A stretch of 62,238 nt of DNA from an uncultured Rikenella sp. (GTDB lineage Bacteria; Bacteroidota; Bacteroidia; Bacteroidales; VadinHA17), in contig CAYPKP010000006.1 in assembly GCA_964411345.1 (NCBI GenBank), forward strand, positions 25,942 through 88,179, written 5' to 3'. The number at the start of each line of letters is the position of its first letter. Position 1 is the stretch's first letter. This document shows positions 18,661 to 27,253 of the stretch, piece by piece. The notes under the pieces were generated by a model. The model was not told the DNA's origin and made no database searches. It worked only from the letters and a program-made list of their open reading frames with translations. The translations under genes and the position numbers were made by a program.

Positions 18661-19683
18661 ATGGCAGATCTGAGAACGAATTACATGGGTCTTGAACTGA
18701 AGAACCCGATTATTGCAGGTGCAAGCAACCTGGTGACTGAGATTCAGAACCTGAAAAAACTTGAGGATTCCGGTGTTGCCGCAGTGGTTTACAAATCACT
18801 TTTCGAGGAGCAGGTGCAGCTTGAGAACCTTGAATTGTTTGAGCTTAAGACCGAGTATGAGGACAGGCATGCCGAGCAGGTCACCCTCTTCCCCAACTCC
18901 CATTCGGTGCCCGAATCGCCTGACGATTATCTTCTCAATCTCAAGAAGGCCAGGGAGGCCCTTTCAATACCGCTTATTGCCAGCCTGAATGCAGTCAGCG
19001 ACGAGATCTGGCTCGAATATGCCGTTAAGGCAGCTGAGACGGGCGTTGACGGGCTTGAACTCAACTTCTACACATTGCCCAATGAACAGGCTAAGGATAG
19101 GGAGACAATAGAGAAGAAGCAGATTGAGACACTGCGCAAGGTCAAGGCGGCAGTGAAAATACCCGTTTCGGTGAAGCTCAGTCCTTTTTACACAAACCCC
19201 CTCAGTTTCATTGCAGGACTCGACAGGGCAGGAGCTGACGGAATAGTGATATTCAACAGGCTGCTCCAGCCTGACATTGACATCTATACCGAGACTCATT
19301 CCATGCCATACAACCTAAGCAATACCGAAGACAACAGGCTGCCGCTGAGGTTTGCGGGAATGCTTTACGGCAATATTGAGGCGTCGGTATCTGCCTCCAC
19401 CGGAATTTACACGGGCAATGATGTGGTGAAGATGCTGCTCGCCGGTGCCGACACGGTTCAGGTTGTCAGCACACTTTACAGGAACGGCATTGAGGTGGTT
19501 AAGTCGATGATTGAAGAGACAGGCAAGTGGATGGATGCTCACGGCTACGACACAGTAGGAAAGTTCCGTGGCAAACTGTCGCTGAAGGAGAGCGACAACA
19601 AGAAAGCCTACCAGCGTGCCCAGTACATAGACGTGATCATGAATGCCTCCGAAATCCTAAAAAAATACAAGTCACTTCAATAG
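18661..19683 (+). CDS. Dihydroorotate dehydrogenase-like flavoprotein (non-canonical subfamily)
   Basis: YMGLELKNPIIAGAS, VVYKSLFEEQ, IPLIASLN, PVSVKLSP, FNRLLQPDID; ELNFYTLP instead of ELNxSCP. Confidence 0.8.
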   Translation: MADLRTNYMGLELKNPIIAGASNLVTEIQNLKKLEDSGVAAVVYKSLFEEQVQLENLELFELKTEYEDRHAEQVTLFPNSHSVPESPDDYLLNLKKAREALSIPLIASLNAVSDEIWLEYAVKAAETGVDGLELNFYTLPNEQAKDRETIEKKQIETLRKVKAAVKIPVSVKLSPFYTNPLSFIAGLDRAGADGIVIFNRLLQPDIDIYTETHSMPYNLSNTEDNRLPLRFAGMLYGNIEASVSASTGIYTGNDVVKMLLAGADTVQVVSTLYRNGIEVVKSMIEETGKWMDAHGYDTVGKFRGKLSLKESDNKKAYQRAQYIDVIMNASEILKKYKSLQ

Positions 19684-19816
19684 TGTCAGGAACACACGAA
19701 CGCCTGCGGTGCCCCTGAAGCTGCAAAACGGTCATTAAGAAAATACAAGTCCCTGCAGTAGCAGGAGGAGCAAAAGGATGCCCGTGTGATGCCCATGAAT
19801 CTTCAGGGCAGTCATT
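19657..19816 (+). repeat. Diverged ~78-bp tandem duplication that includes the gene's 3' end
   Basis: CTAAAAAAATACAAGTCACTTCAATAG (19657-83) vs TTAAGAAAATACAAGTCCCTGCAGTAG (19735-61); the downstream ~53 nt are also similar. Confidence 0.75.
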
Positions 19817-19827
19817 GAATCAATGAA

Positions 19828-20418
19828 TTACGTTGCCGGCTGATCCTTGGGGGAGGTACCCCTGATGAAGAGCTCGGTACCCAGGAGTGTAATACGCAGG
19901 GCCTCCATATGTCCGTTTTCGCGGGTCAGAATCTTATCTGTGCCCCGTAAGATGTTAATAAAGACTATGGCATAAGCTGCCGCTTCATGATGAGACCCCG
20001 TCTCTTTCAGATATTTTCTGAAGAGCGGTGTGATGAGCTTTATCTCATCGCTGTTGAGTCGCTCCCTCAGCTTCTCAACGCGGCTGTGCCCCTGGGCAAA
20101 ATCCTTCAGCAGCAGCGGATTTCGCTCTCTCAGGTTCCAGAGCTGGGAGAGTCTCTCCGTGGCATAGTTGCGAAGCATTGTGTCAAAGTTGCAGTCTGAT
20201 CTGACTACCTCACGCAGAGGGTCCGTTATACGGCCTATTTCTCTCTCAACCACGGCTTCGTAGATATCTGCCTTATTGCTGAAATACATGTACACCGTAC
20301 GCCTGCCGCGGCTTGCTTCTGCCGCGATGGACTCCATCGTTGTCCGCCGCAATCCTTTTGTGGCAAAGAGCCTGGACGCAACGTCAACGATCATATTCCG
20401 TGTACTTTTCCTTGCCAT
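19828..20418 (-). CDS. TetR/AcrR-family transcriptional regulator
   Basis: HTH: ASRLFATKGLRRTTMESIAAEASRGRRTVYMYFSNK. Confidence 0.9.
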   Translation of the reverse strand: MARKSTRNMIVDVASRLFATKGLRRTTMESIAAEASRGRRTVYMYFSNKADIYEAVVEREIGRITDPLREVVRSDCNFDTMLRNYATERLSQLWNLRERNPLLLKDFAQGHSRVEKLRERLNSDEIKLITPLFRKYLKETGSHHEAAAYAIVFINILRGTDKILTRENGHMEALRITLLGTELFIRGTSPKDQPAT

Positions 20419-20443
20419 TGCACATTTTGGAAATTATGTGCAA
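20418..20443. promoter_or_regulatory. Candidate TetR operator overlapping the tetR start and -7 element
   Basis: TTGCACAT-N10-ATGTGCAA; -7 TAACTTTG on - strand at 20441-20448. Confidence 0.5.
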
Positions 20444-20503
20444 AGTTAGCAAACGCAATATATTATGGCTTATTTTTACGGGTTATTCAATACCTGAAAG
20501 CTG

Positions 20504-22981
20504 ATGAAACGATTTTTAATTGCCGTTTGCCTCATTATGCCCCTGGCCCTGTCAGGGCAGATAGTTGTCAACGCTCCGCTGAGCGACCGGCTGACAGGGT
20601 ATGACATGGATGTTGCCCTCGATCCTGAAACACATGCTGTCAGCGGAGACATGACAGCATTGTCCGTCCAGTTGCCTTGCGATATGCCTTCAAGGGTTTT
20701 TTCGCAGTCGAAGCAGCCAGTCCTCAAAGGCACAGACAGGGTTGCAATGTTCAGCGCCCAGGCTGAAATGAGGGCTTCTTCGCCGTATAAGGAGATGCAC
20801 TGGCAGTATATCGGCCCCACCAATATCAGCGGAAGATGCACTGATGTGGAGGCCGTCTCTCCGAGGGGAGAACAGTATGTTATCTGGGTGGGGTCAGCCA
20901 CCGGCGGAGTATGGAAGTCGGTCAATGAGGGCACCACCTTCGAGCCGGTATTTGATGATATGCCCACGGCCTCAGTCGGGGACATCGCAATTGATCCGAA
21001 GAACCCCGACGTTGTATGGGTCGGCACCGGCGAGGCCAATATCTTTCGCAGTTCCAACGCCGGGTGCGGAGTCTTCAAGACCACTGACGGCGGTCAGACA
21101 TGGAGTCTTGCAGGTCTTGAGAACACGCATACCATCGGCAGGATAAGGATAAACCCTGATAATACGGATATTGTTTATGTCGCATCCCCCGGTCATGAGT
21201 GGACGCTGAATGAGGAGAGGGGTCTTTACAAGACTGTCGACGGCGGCAGGAGCTGGACAAAGATCCTCTCAGTAAATCAGAGTACCGGTGTCTTTGATGT
21301 CGTTCTTGACCCGCGCGATCCCAACACCATTTATGCAACCACATGGGAGCGGATCAGGCTCAAGTGGAATGATCCCCGCACCACGCCCGACACCCGTCAC
21401 TGCGGGGTCTGGAAGTCGGTTGACGCCGGCAAAAGCTGGAAGGAGATAAACGTTGGGCTTCCGGCTCCGGAGTATCGCGGACGCATAGGCATTGACATTT
21501 CGCTCTCCAATCCTGATGTGCTCTACCTGTTGCTTGACAACTACGAGACAGCCTACAAGGCCGCCCCCGGTGAGCTCGATTCCTACGGGAGGCAGAAGCA
21601 GGATGTCATCAGAGGGGCCACCGTCTACCGCAGTGATGATGCCGGAGCCTCATGGCGGCAGGTCAGCGGACTCACTGAAGAGACGAAGGTTTACATGGAG
21701 CGCCACTCGGCTACCTACGGCTGGGTGTTCGGTCAGATCAGGGTTGACCCGCAGGATGAGAATACAGTCTACTCGATGGGCATCCAGCTCCACCAGTCTG
21801 TCGACGGCGGTGCCACCTTCAAGCCTCTGCGTGGTCCTCATGCCGACCATCACGGTCTCTGGATCGATCCGGACAACCCCGATTACCTGCTCAACGTACA
21901 GGACGGCGGCCTTACCATCTCATACGACAGAGGTGCAACATGGAAGTATCCCATTGATGTGCTTCCCCTTGCACAGTTTTACAACATAGCCTATGACTTC
22001 AGCGTGCCTTTCAGGGTCTTTGGCTCAATCCAGGATCATCACAGCTTCTACGGCAGCGTAGATCTGTCACGCGGACGCGACAGGGTGATGCCGGTGGAGT
22101 TCACCAATACCCTGGGGGCTGAGGGCAGCTCCCATGCCGTAGACCCGCGAGATAACAACACAGTCTACTCCAGCACATTCTACGGAGCTCTTGCGCGGGC
22201 TGAGATAGACAACTACCCTGCCAGCCGCAAGGATCTGCTTCCGTTGAGGTATGCTGACGAGCCGAGGCTGAGAGGTCAGTGGGTAGCCCCCACGCTGCTC
22301 TCACCCCATAATCCCGATGTCGTTTATCACGGCATGCAGTATGTGATGATGTCACGCGACAGGGGAAACACCTGGGAATTCATCAGTCCTGACCTTACCT
22401 TCAATGACCCGAAGAAGAGTGGCGACATCAACTACCAGACAATCCAGACGCTCGATGAGTCGCCGCTCAGGGCGGGACTGCTCTATGCGGGGACGGATGA
22501 CGGCCGGATCTGGCGTACCAGGGACGGGGGCAAGGTCTGGACAGAGCTGAAGCCGAAAAACGTTCCGGTCAGATGGGTGTCACGTCTCGTGGCATCGAAA
22601 TATAACCTCGGCACGGTCTATATGACTCAAACGGGAAGGCGCGATGACGATTTCCAGGTCTATATCTGGAAATCAACCGATTTCGGGGAGACGTGGAACG
22701 ATATTTCCGGCAACATACCCGTGGGACCGGTTAACGTGATAAGGGAGGACCCCGTGAGGGAAGATATTCTTTATGTTGGCACGGATGCTTCAGTTTATGT
22801 CAGTAAGGACGGCGGAGCGGTATGGGACGTGCTCGGCGACCTGCCTTTTGCCTATGTACATGACCTGCAGGTGCACCCCCGTGACAACATGATAATCATT
22901 GCCACTCACGGACGCGGCATGTTCGTCCTTGACGCCAACCCGATAAACGAAAAGGACAAGATGAGGAGGCCTCGCTGGTAG
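20504..22981 (+). CDS. VPS10/BNR (Asp-box) repeat beta-propeller protein with an apparently chimeric N-terminus
   Basis: WQYIGPTNISGR; about 11 S/TxDxGxTW boxes (KTTDGGQTW, KSVDAGKSW, RSDDAGASW, KSTDFGETW...); ATHGRG end motif. Confidence 0.85.
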   Translation: MKRFLIAVCLIMPLALSGQIVVNAPLSDRLTGYDMDVALDPETHAVSGDMTALSVQLPCDMPSRVFSQSKQPVLKGTDRVAMFSAQAEMRASSPYKEMHWQYIGPTNISGRCTDVEAVSPRGEQYVIWVGSATGGVWKSVNEGTTFEPVFDDMPTASVGDIAIDPKNPDVVWVGTGEANIFRSSNAGCGVFKTTDGGQTWSLAGLENTHTIGRIRINPDNTDIVYVASPGHEWTLNEERGLYKTVDGGRSWTKILSVNQSTGVFDVVLDPRDPNTIYATTWERIRLKWNDPRTTPDTRHCGVWKSVDAGKSWKEINVGLPAPEYRGRIGIDISLSNPDVLYLLLDNYETAYKAAPGELDSYGRQKQDVIRGATVYRSDDAGASWRQVSGLTEETKVYMERHSATYGWVFGQIRVDPQDENTVYSMGIQLHQSVDGGATFKPLRGPHADHHGLWIDPDNPDYLLNVQDGGLTISYDRGATWKYPIDVLPLAQFYNIAYDFSVPFRVFGSIQDHHSFYGSVDLSRGRDRVMPVEFTNTLGAEGSSHAVDPRDNNTVYSSTFYGALARAEIDNYPASRKDLLPLRYADEPRLRGQWVAPTLLSPHNPDVVYHGMQYVMMSRDRGNTWEFISPDLTFNDPKKSGDINYQTIQTLDESPLRAGLLYAGTDDGRIWRTRDGGKVWTELKPKNVPVRWVSRLVASKYNLGTVYMTQTGRRDDDFQVYIWKSTDFGETWNDISGNIPVGPVNVIREDPVREDILYVGTDASVYVSKDGGAVWDVLGDLPFAYVHDLQVHPRDNMIIIATHGRGMFVLDANPINEKDKMRRPRW

Positions 22982-23100
22982 CCGGCACCGGGGCGGGGAG
23001 AGCGGTCGTGAAGCCCGGCTTTCAGCCATAGACGGCACCGGAGCGGTAACCGTTGTTGCGAAGCCCGGCTTTCAGCCATAGCCGGTACCGGGGCGCAAGA
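22979..23100 (+). repeat. ~2.4 tandem 50-bp units starting at the stop codon
   Basis: TAG(C/A)CGG(C/T)ACCGG-18 variable nt-GAAGCCCGGCTTTCAGCCA at 22979, 23029 and partial 23079. Confidence 0.85.
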
Positions 23101-23153
23101 ATTACCCGTTAAGCTGTGGTTGCCGTCTGCCGGCAGGGGGCTGTTCCGCTATG

Positions 23154-24752
23154 TTACCATTGAGGTGATAGGTAATAAAATGAGGTCAGCGAGAAGCTGA
23201 CGGTGGTTTTTACCCAGTGCCACATCTCGAGGTCGGCTTTCAGTGATTCTCCGAACGGTATTGCATCCAGGAGGCGATACCTCATGTTGACGCTCATGCC
23301 GGGATGAAAGTTGCCGTAACCTGCAGGCTGAGCAATCAGCGGGTGGTCAAAACGCTCGGGACGGCACCAGGCATAGCCGAAATAGTCCTCCGTTCCGGTT
23401 CCGAACGAGGAGGGGAATGACTCGCCGTCGACATATATCTTTTCGTCGCCTTCGCCCCACCAGGCGTCGGCACTGTTGAATATTGTCATTGCATCACCGG
23501 CATAGACTCCCCGTCCGCTGAGCTCAGTCATGTTAACATCCCGGTGCAACCCGGTACCCCCGGTGCGCACTGCCCCGGCAGTCTCAAAATCCGGATACTC
23601 CCGCCACGATGCTCCGAAGTGCATTGAGGATTCATCCCACAGGTACGGTGTCAGGCTCACTTCAGCCTTTATGCCGAGGCTGTCACGGGTTCCGTTGCAG
23701 ATGCTGACCGTGCAGCTGTCACGGAAGGGCATGAGCCGGGATGTGCACATTATGCCGTCTGCACCGGCGGATGTGAAGAGCGTCCGGTAGCTGTTGAAGG
23801 CATAACCTGTGCCGAAGAAGTTACCGGCAGGTACCTCGGCAGTTATGCGGCCGTCGAAGGAGAGGCGGATGACTGCCCCTCTCAGCGCCGCTGCCGTGTC
23901 CGCGGCTGAGAGCGACAGTGTCAGGCTGCCTATGGCGAGGTCTTTACCGGAGATCCTGAAGGAGCAGTCACTGCCGGGAGCAAAGATGCCTTCAGCGGAT
24001 CTTGTCATCTCATCATTCGTGCCGTTGCCGCAGCTGCCATGAGAGAGAAGCGAGGATGCACATTCCGATATCGCCAGGGTATCTGACAGAAAAGTCTCAT
24101 GCCTGGCAGACTCGACCCTTGTCCCCTCCCCGTAAAGCCTCGTGCCTATATTGTAATATATTGAAGGGGTTCGTCTTTCAGGTGTAATAACAATAGAATC
24201 GTTTTCCAGGGTAATCCTGCATTTTTCAGCAAAGGGAATTGGGAGATAGAGGTTGTATCCCCGGCGCTGCGGTTCGGTCAGGGGTGAGACGGAACCGCTC
24301 AGCGGCCAGGGTGCCAGGAGGCCCTCGCCCAGCAGGGCCGGGGCCATGCCTTCAATGACAGGCTCAGTCGCGTCATCGATATAGACCCTGATATATGAGT
24401 TCAGGGCGTTGGCGTTGCCAAAGGTCATCCACCACCGGACTACTGCACCCGGACCCTCGGCCTCAAGCATGACATACTCGCGCCGGCCGTCGGTGACCTC
24501 CTCCCTGATGAAGTGCGTAAAATCATTGTTTGCAAACCAGCCGGTGCTGTCAGGGTGAATGCTGAGCCTGTCATAGGAACTGAACTGCACCAGCCGGTAG
24601 TCCGGATCGGGGAGGCGGGTTATGGCCTCCGGGTCCGCCATCTCCTTCAGGAGCGACCTGAAAGTAATCACCCTGTCATTTCTGCACGAGGCAGTTGCCA
24701 GCAGGCAAAACATACCCGCAGCGATCACGGTTACCGGTATTCTCTTTTTCAT
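23154..24752 (-). CDS. DUF2961 / GH172-like glycoside hydrolase, lipoprotein
   Basis: GPGAVVRWW, WWGEGDEKIYVDGE, GTGTEDYFGYAW, LDAIPF; lipobox TASC. Confidence 0.85.
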   Translation of the reverse strand: MKKRIPVTVIAAGMFCLLATASCRNDRVITFRSLLKEMADPEAITRLPDPDYRLVQFSSYDRLSIHPDSTGWFANNDFTHFIREEVTDGRREYVMLEAEGPGAVVRWWMTFGNANALNSYIRVYIDDATEPVIEGMAPALLGEGLLAPWPLSGSVSPLTEPQRRGYNLYLPIPFAEKCRITLENDSIVITPERRTPSIYYNIGTRLYGEGTRVESARHETFLSDTLAISECASSLLSHGSCGNGTNDEMTRSAEGIFAPGSDCSFRISGKDLAIGSLTLSLSAADTAAALRGAVIRLSFDGRITAEVPAGNFFGTGYAFNSYRTLFTSAGADGIMCTSRLMPFRDSCTVSICNGTRDSLGIKAEVSLTPYLWDESSMHFGASWREYPDFETAGAVRTGGTGLHRDVNMTELSGRGVYAGDAMTIFNSADAWWGEGDEKIYVDGESFPSSFGTGTEDYFGYAWCRPERFDHPLIAQPAGYGNFHPGMSVNMRYRLLDAIPFGESLKADLEMWHWVKTTVSFSLTSFYYLSPQW

Positions 24753-25002
24753 ATGATTAATTACTATTTTATTGGTCTGAAGGAATTTACATAAAATAAA
24801 ACAATCATTCGCTTTTGTGATTTTCTGCTCCTGTAAGGTCTTTTCACCTGCTCTGTTTGCAGGATGGAACTTGTATTATGAACATTGATCATATCCCTGT
24901 CTGAGTGGCTGCTGATGAAGGCATCCCCGGGCATGCTCCGGGACTAAAGTTACACATTCGGGCAAAATATTTAAATTGCAATCCGGATTTAAAGCAGCAG
25001 AG

Positions 25003-26205
25003 ATGAAAAAAGCAGTGGTATTGCTGGCAGTTGTCGGCATGATGGTCTCATGCAGGCCCTCATCAGAAGGATTCCTTCATTCGGATGGCAGGCATATGGT
25101 AAACGGAGAAGGTGAATTTGTTTTATTGAGGGGAATTGGCCTGGGAGGCTGGATGCTGCAGGAGCCTTACATGCTCAGGCTCTCCGGGGTGGCTTCCGCG
25201 CAGTATGATATCAGGAAGAGGATAGCCGCCCTGACGGGAGAGGAGAGATGTGCGGAGTTTTACGATGCCTGGCTGGCCAACATGGTCACGCGCAGGGATA
25301 TCGACTCCCTTAAGGCATGGGGATTTAATTCGGTGAGGCTTGCCATGCACTACAACCTGTTTACCCCGCCGGTTGAGGAGGAGCCCGTGGCAGGAGAGAA
25401 CAGCTGGCTGGAGAAGGGCTTTTTGATGACTGATTCCCTTCTGAGCTGGTGCGCGGCGAATGAGATCTACCTGATTCTCGATCTCCATGCGGCACCGGGA
25501 GGACAGGGGAATGACATTCCCATTGCCGATGTCGACACCACAAAGGCAAATCTGTGGGAGAGTGAGCTGAACCGGAAGAAGACCGTTGCCCTCTGGGGCA
25601 AGCTTGCAGGGAGGTACAGTGATGAACCGTGGATTGGAGGCTATGACCTGATAAATGAAACAAATTATCCTCTTGAGGACAATGTTGAGCTCCGCCGGCT
25701 CTTTCTCGAAATCACCGAGGCAATACGGGCCGTTGACACCAACCACATCATTTTCATCGAAGGCAATCATTTTGCCACTGATTTCAGGGGCGTGACCCCT
25801 CCGTGGGATAACAATATGGTCTATAGCTTTCACAAGTACTGGAACCCCACAACTGTTGAAACCATTCAGAAGTATCTTGATATCAGGGATGAGTACAATG
25901 TCCCCCTCTGGATGGGCGAGTCAGGCGAGAACAACAACGAATGGTACCGGTCAGCCGTGGAGCTTTTTGAAGCTGACAGCATAGGGTGGGCGTGGTGGAC
26001 GCTCAAGAAGCTTGATTCCGAAAGCGGCATCATGAATGTCACTCCGCCTGAAGGTTACCGGCAGATCATCGATTACTGGAAGGGCCACGGCCCGGCCCCT
26101 GAACCTGACGAGGCACACCGTACGCTGATGCAACTCACTGAGAACATACGTATTGAGAACTGCGATGTCAACTACGGAGTGCTGAATGCATTGTTAGCAC
26201 GGTAG
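25003..26205 (+). CDS. Glycoside hydrolase family 5, lipoprotein
   Basis: GIGLGGWMLQEPYM, GFNSVRLAMHY, LDLHAAPGGQ, GYDLINE, LWMGESGEN; lipobox MVSC; start at 25003. Confidence 0.9.
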   Translation: MKKAVVLLAVVGMMVSCRPSSEGFLHSDGRHMVNGEGEFVLLRGIGLGGWMLQEPYMLRLSGVASAQYDIRKRIAALTGEERCAEFYDAWLANMVTRRDIDSLKAWGFNSVRLAMHYNLFTPPVEEEPVAGENSWLEKGFLMTDSLLSWCAANEIYLILDLHAAPGGQGNDIPIADVDTTKANLWESELNRKKTVALWGKLAGRYSDEPWIGGYDLINETNYPLEDNVELRRLFLEITEAIRAVDTNHIIFIEGNHFATDFRGVTPPWDNNMVYSFHKYWNPTTVETIQKYLDIRDEYNVPLWMGESGENNNEWYRSAVELFEADSIGWAWWTLKKLDSESGIMNVTPPEGYRQIIDYWKGHGPAPEPDEAHRTLMQLTENIRIENCDVNYGVLNALLAR

Positions 26206-26215
26206 TCTCCATATT

Positions 26216-26403
26216 CAGTCTACAGTCTTCAGTCTCCAGCCGGCAGTCAGCACTCAGCAGCCGGCAGTCAGCAATCAGCAGCCGCCAGCCGGCAGTCAGC
26301 ACTCAGCATCTTGCCAACCTAAGTACCCGATTATGAATTCTTAATTCTTATTTCTTAATTCCTCTCACTACTGCCTATTGCCTATTCGCTACTCCCTGAT
26401 TCC
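26216..26403. repeat. Heptanucleotide-period tandem repeat tract
   Basis: 14 in-register CA-initial heptamers (cagtcta, cagtctt, cagtctc, cagccgg, cagtcag, cactcag...) at 26216-26313, then 10 T-rich heptamers (ttaattc, ttatttc, tactgcc, tattgcc...) at 26334-26403. Confidence 0.9.
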
Positions 26404-26503
26404 TAAGTATAAATACTAATGGAAAAATAGGCTAAAAGCCCGTTCCCGCCCTCCCCGGTCATTGTTAATTTTGAACTTCCCAAAAAGGGCAACTACGGAA
26501 CTT

Positions 26504-27253
26504 ATGGAAGATCTCTATTCGAGGCTAATGCAGGATGTCCGTTTCGAGGAGGGGCTGAACGCATGCATGAACTGCGGCATCTGCACCGGCATCTGTCCGG
26601 CAGCCGAATATTACAGCTATGACCCGCGCAGGGTGGTGGATCTTGTTCAGACACGCAACAATGACGTTATCAGGGAGTTGCTGAAGAGCGAAACCATTTG
26701 GTACTGCGGGCAGTGCATGAGCTGCAAAACCCGCTGTCCCAGGGGCAACACCCCCGGCATGGTTATCATGGCACTGCGCAAACTGTCGCAGGAGCTGGGA
26801 TACTTTACCGACTCCGAGAAGGGGAGACAGCAGTTTGCCATCAAGAGAACGGTGGGCGACAATGTGCTTAAGCACGGATACTGTGTCGTCTCCTATGACG
26901 TTGACCCGGCCACGCACCCGGAGCAGGGCCCGGCATGGGAGCATTACTATAACCATCTCGACGATTCGCTTGCGAGGCTGGGCGGTGAGCTCAACGGCAA
27001 GGAGGGGCCCACGCGCAAGATAGCCGATGATGTGCTTGACGAACTCAGAAGCATTTTTGAGGTGACGGGCGGCAAGGATCTCTATGATGCCATCGAGGAG
27101 GCTTCGGAACAGAAGGCAGAGGAGATGGGCATGGAGTTTAAGAAGGAGGGCCGGGACTTTGAATACTTCAGGCATGTGGTGTCTGCAGACAACGGCACTC
27201 ATCAGTGCGAAACGGTAGACGTGAGGAGGGACATATATGAAACCAGAGGGTAA
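26504..27253 (+). CDS. hdrC: HdrC-like 2x[4Fe-4S] protein with long C-terminal extension
   Basis: CMNCGICTGICP and IWYCGQCMSCKTRCP; start at ATG 26504. Confidence 0.8.
   Translation: MEDLYSRLMQDVRFEEGLNACMNCGICTGICPAAEYYSYDPRRVVDLVQTRNNDVIRELLKSETIWYCGQCMSCKTRCPRGNTPGMVIMALRKLSQELGYFTDSEKGRQQFAIKRTVGDNVLKHGYCVVSYDVDPATHPEQGPAWEHYYNHLDDSLARLGGELNGKEGPTRKIADDVLDELRSIFEVTGGKDLYDAIEEASEQKAEEMGMEFKKEGRDFEYFRHVVSADNGTHQCETVDVRRDIYETRG

Noticed and set aside
22979-23100. CRISPR or TIGR-type guide array (also 18338-18487)
   Set aside because: Only 2-3 units, 18-nt variable parts that still resemble each other, and no cas or Nop-domain gene in the window; kept only as tandem repeats
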